64,000 nucleotides of DNA, taken from the NCBI GenBank assembly GCA_035559235.1, contig DATMBM010000004.1, positions 4,684-68,683 of the forward strand, given 5' to 3'. The first letter of the stretch is position 1; each line of letters opens with the position of its first letter. Under the pieces are notes generated by a model, which saw only the letters and a program-made list of their open reading frames with translations, had not been told where the DNA came from and did no database searches. Below are positions 61,495 through 64,000 of the stretch, one piece after another. Source of the stretch: Minisyncoccota bacterium. Its GTDB lineage: Bacteria > Patescibacteriota > Minisyncoccia > Phycocordibacterales > UBA2100. The position numbers and the translations under genes are program-made.

Positions 61495-62792
61495 AAACGG
61501 GAATGTCGATATTCCAGGTCATTCTTCTATGCGTCTTCGGCGCCTTCGCGATCGCTGGCATCCTGATTTTTGCCTTCCTCATCGGTTCAAGCAACAACTC
61601 TTCGATCGGTGAAGTCGTGCTCTGGGGCACGTTTGATGAGACCGCGGTCGTGACGGTCATGCGCCAGCTTTCGGAAAATGACGACCGCTTGCGGCAAATT
61701 ATCTACGTCGAGAAAAACCCGGATACATTCGAACAAGAACTCACGAGCGCGCTTGCCGCGGGGACCGGCCCCGATCTCTACATCCTCCGGCACGATTATG
61801 CGGTCATCGATGCACCGAAAATCGCATCGATCCCATACGAACAGTTTTCGCGTGAGCAATTCGACGACCTGTTCGTCGAAGCCGCGCAGCCGTTTCTCTC
61901 CGCAGACGGCGTCCTTGCGGTCCCGCTTGTCGTCGATCCGATTGTCATGTATTGGAACCGCGATTTGTTCGCAAACGCCGGGCTTGCCCGACCGCCCATC
62001 TTCTGGGACGAGCTGCAAGGCGTTGCGCGCGCAATCAGCAAGCGGAACGATGTCGGCTCTCTCGTACGCAGCGCCGTCGGGCTGGGCGAGTATGCGAATG
62101 TCACGCACGCGAAGAACATCATCGGCACCTTGATTTTGCAGGCGGGAGGATCGGTCACTGCGCGCGCCAGCGACGGCGTCTTGCAGCCGGCATTGCAAGC
62201 ACGCGGTACCACGATTGCGCAGCCGGCACAGAGCGCGGTTTCGTTTTATACAAGCTTCGCAAACCCGTCGCAGGATATCTACAGCTGGAATCGTTCGCAA
62301 AAGGAAAGTCGCGAAGCATTTGCTTCCGGCGATCTCGGCCTCTTCATCGGCCTCGCGAGCGACGAACCGCTTATCCGTCGTCAAAATCCCAACCTGAATT
62401 TCGGAGTGGCACCTCTGCCGCAGATACGCGATGCAGAGCGCTCGATTACTGGCGGTTATGCCTATGCATTTGCAGTCCCGCGTGCGTCGAAAAATCCGGA
62501 AGGCGCGCTCACGGCCGCGTACCTTCTCGCATCACCCGAAGCGTCGCGCGCGCTCTCTCTCGCATTTGGCGTCGCGTCGGCACGCCGCGACGTCCTTGCC
62601 GAACCTGCGCAGGGTATTGATGACCTCTTCAATAAAATGGCGATCATCGCGCGCCTGTGGGAAGATCCCAATCCACAGGCGACGGACCGGATATTCCGCG
62701 ATATGATTGAATCGATCACATCAGGCGCGGCGAAGATAACCGAAGCCCTTCAGCGCGCCGAGGCCGCGATGCGGGAAATTCAAACGCCATGA
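61491..62792 (+). CDS. Extracellular solute-binding protein (ABC transporter SBP family 1-like), membrane-anchored
   Basis: N-terminal anchor (IFQVILLCVFGAFAIAGILIF). The pattern PDLYILRHDYAVIDAPKIASIPYEQF…VVDPIVMYWNRDLFANAGL is typical of MalE-like SBPs. Confidence 0.7.
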   Translation: MKTGMSIFQVILLCVFGAFAIAGILIFAFLIGSSNNSSIGEVVLWGTFDETAVVTVMRQLSENDDRLRQIIYVEKNPDTFEQELTSALAAGTGPDLYILRHDYAVIDAPKIASIPYEQFSREQFDDLFVEAAQPFLSADGVLAVPLVVDPIVMYWNRDLFANAGLARPPIFWDELQGVARAISKRNDVGSLVRSAVGLGEYANVTHAKNIIGTLILQAGGSVTARASDGVLQPALQARGTTIAQPAQSAVSFYTSFANPSQDIYSWNRSQKESREAFASGDLGLFIGLASDEPLIRRQNPNLNFGVAPLPQIRDAERSITGGYAYAFAVPRASKNPEGALTAAYLLASPEASRALSLAFGVASARRDVLAEPAQGIDDLFNKMAIIARLWEDPNPQATDRIFRDMIESITSGAAKITEALQRAEAAMREIQTP

Positions 62793-63175
62793 AATCCATA
62801 CGGGCAGTACGCGCGAAAATATTCACTCTCATGATTCTTGCGTGGGCTGCGATGCTGCCAGCTTTCGCGATCGCGCAGACGACGAACTGCGGCGCCGGGC
62901 AGAAATGCCTGCAAAATCCACTGCGCTTTCCAAGTATCGAGCAATTCATTCAGGGCGTCCTGCAAGCGATTGTTATGATTGCACTACCCATCATCACGAT
63001 TTTTATTGTCTATGCGGGGTTCAAATATATTTCAGCACGTGGCAATCCCAGCAAAATCGGCGATGCACATAGGAATTTCATGTACGTTGCTATCGGCGCG
63101 GCGCTTATCCTCGGCGCCTGGGTGTTAGCAACTCTCATCGGCGGAACGGTGACGCAGCTCCTCGGCGGCAAGTAA
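62789..63175 (+). CDS. VirB2/TrbC-like (type IV secretion pilin-like) small membrane protein
   Basis: Signal peptide (MKSIRAVRAKIFTLMILAWAAMLPAFAIA), then two hydrophobic helices (LQAIVMIALPIITIFIVYAGFKYI and FMYVAIGAALILGAWVLATLIGG) and a short Gly tail. Confidence 0.5.
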   Translation: MKSIRAVRAKIFTLMILAWAAMLPAFAIAQTTNCGAGQKCLQNPLRFPSIEQFIQGVLQAIVMIALPIITIFIVYAGFKYISARGNPSKIGDAHRNFMYVAIGAALILGAWVLATLIGGTVTQLLGGK

Positions 63176-63177
63176 GT

Positions 63178-63552
63178 ATGGTACGCGCACTCGCTGTTGC
63201 CGTGATGTTTCTGCCGACGGTTGTGACAGCGGCTCCGCGGACGTTCGACCAGCTGATCGACCTCATCATCAGGCTCTTGAACGCCGGGATCGGGATCACG
63301 CTCATCCTCGGTATCGTCATCTATTTTTACGGTGTTGCGACATCGATCCCAAAGTTTAGGACTGACGATTCCGAGCGTCTGCGCGCTCACTTCGTCTGGG
63401 GGCTTTTGGCGCTTTTTGTCATGTTCAGCGTCTGGGGGATTCTTGCGCTCGTGCGCAATACGCTGTTTGCCGGCGGCGGGTACACGTTTAACAATAGCAC
63501 GACGGTGGTATGCGAAGGATCGTTTGAAGACTGCGTCTACGGCCAATTTTAA
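63178..63552 (+). CDS. Second pilin-like small membrane protein
   Basis: Signal peptide (MVRALAVAVMFLPTVVTAAP), then LIDLIIRLLNAGIGITLILGIVIYFYGVA and WGLLALFVMFSVWGILALV. The architecture matches the preceding gene. Confidence 0.45.
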   Translation: MVRALAVAVMFLPTVVTAAPRTFDQLIDLIIRLLNAGIGITLILGIVIYFYGVATSIPKFRTDDSERLRAHFVWGLLALFVMFSVWGILALVRNTLFAGGGYTFNNSTTVVCEGSFEDCVYGQF

Positions 63553-63554
63553 AT

Positions 63555-63761
63555 ATGACTGACCAGATGGAGGTTTTGCTCTACGCGCTTATCGGCATTT
63601 TCGGGGCGCTTTCGGTCATCGTCTTTCTTTGGGGTTTTGTCGTCTATCTTGCTCGGCTTGGGACAGAGCGGCGCGTCCTCGGTATACGCATCATGGAATG
63701 GGGGGTCGCACTCATCCTGACGGCGATCGCCCTGATTGGCGTACTTCGCTTTTTCGAATAA
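63555..63761 (+). CDS. Third small 2-TM protein of the tandem array
   Basis: LLYALIGIFGALSVIVFLWGFVVYLA and WGVALILTAIALIGVL. Confidence 0.4.
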   Translation: MTDQMEVLLYALIGIFGALSVIVFLWGFVVYLARLGTERRVLGIRIMEWGVALILTAIALIGVLRFFE

Positions 63762-63860
63762 CAAAGATATCCACATCTCGCACGGGGAAGCATTGCGGCG
63801 GCGGCCGGGCGCGGTACGATTACGCTATACTTAACGGGCAACCTAAGAGGACCTTACCTA

Positions 63861-64000
63861 TGCAATCGCGATCCATCGTTTCCGCTTCGGCACTCGGTGC
63901 AGGTGTCATGCTTTTGCCGTACTTGGCTTCAGCCCAGACGCTTCTCAATACCCTGGCGCTTGTCTCTACGTTCCTCAATTCGCTCGTATATCTCTTCATC
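63861..64000 (+). CDS. Fourth pilin-like gene, 3' end truncated by the window
   Basis: MQSRSIVSASALGAGVMLLPYLASAQTLLNTLALVSTFLNSLVYLFI… The frame is open to the window end. Confidence 0.35.

Overview
High-GC (about 60%), tightly packed bacterial segment with roughly 70 genes and no rRNA, CRISPR array or transposase. Recognisable housekeeping content includes an in-frame rpoB-rpoC fusion (5' end cut by the window), dnaG-rpoD, hisS, murJ, lepA, RNase P RNA, tRNA-Glu, tRNA-Ser, ftsA-ftsZ, ybeY, rpsU, lepB, pth, rpsA and gyrA. A fused rpoBC, several tiny two-helix pilin-like proteins, Gly/Asp-rich secreted proteins and a small RNase P RNA together suggest a Candidate-Phyla-Radiation/Patescibacteria-like organism; this is inference only. 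Three results stand out. (1) Four consecutive signal-peptide genes (23300-29396) share a repeated TGDAxAxxxx(I/V)NxVN motif and a C-terminal peptidoglycan-binding-like domain; this looks like an undescribed cell-surface protein family. (2) At least 18 genes have an extended -10 box (TGnTAnnnT) only 6-9 nt upstream of the start codon and no Shine-Dalgarno, so leaderless mRNAs appear to be the normal mode of expression. (3) A tandem run of VirB2/TrbC-like mini-pilins lies at the 3' end. Other items are a thioredoxin-like/DsbB/DsbA oxidative-folding set, a SET-domain protein, a degenerate second HisRS paralog, a beta-carbonic-anhydrase-like protein, a thermonuclease-Excalibur fusion, and lower-GC segments bounded by tRNA genes.
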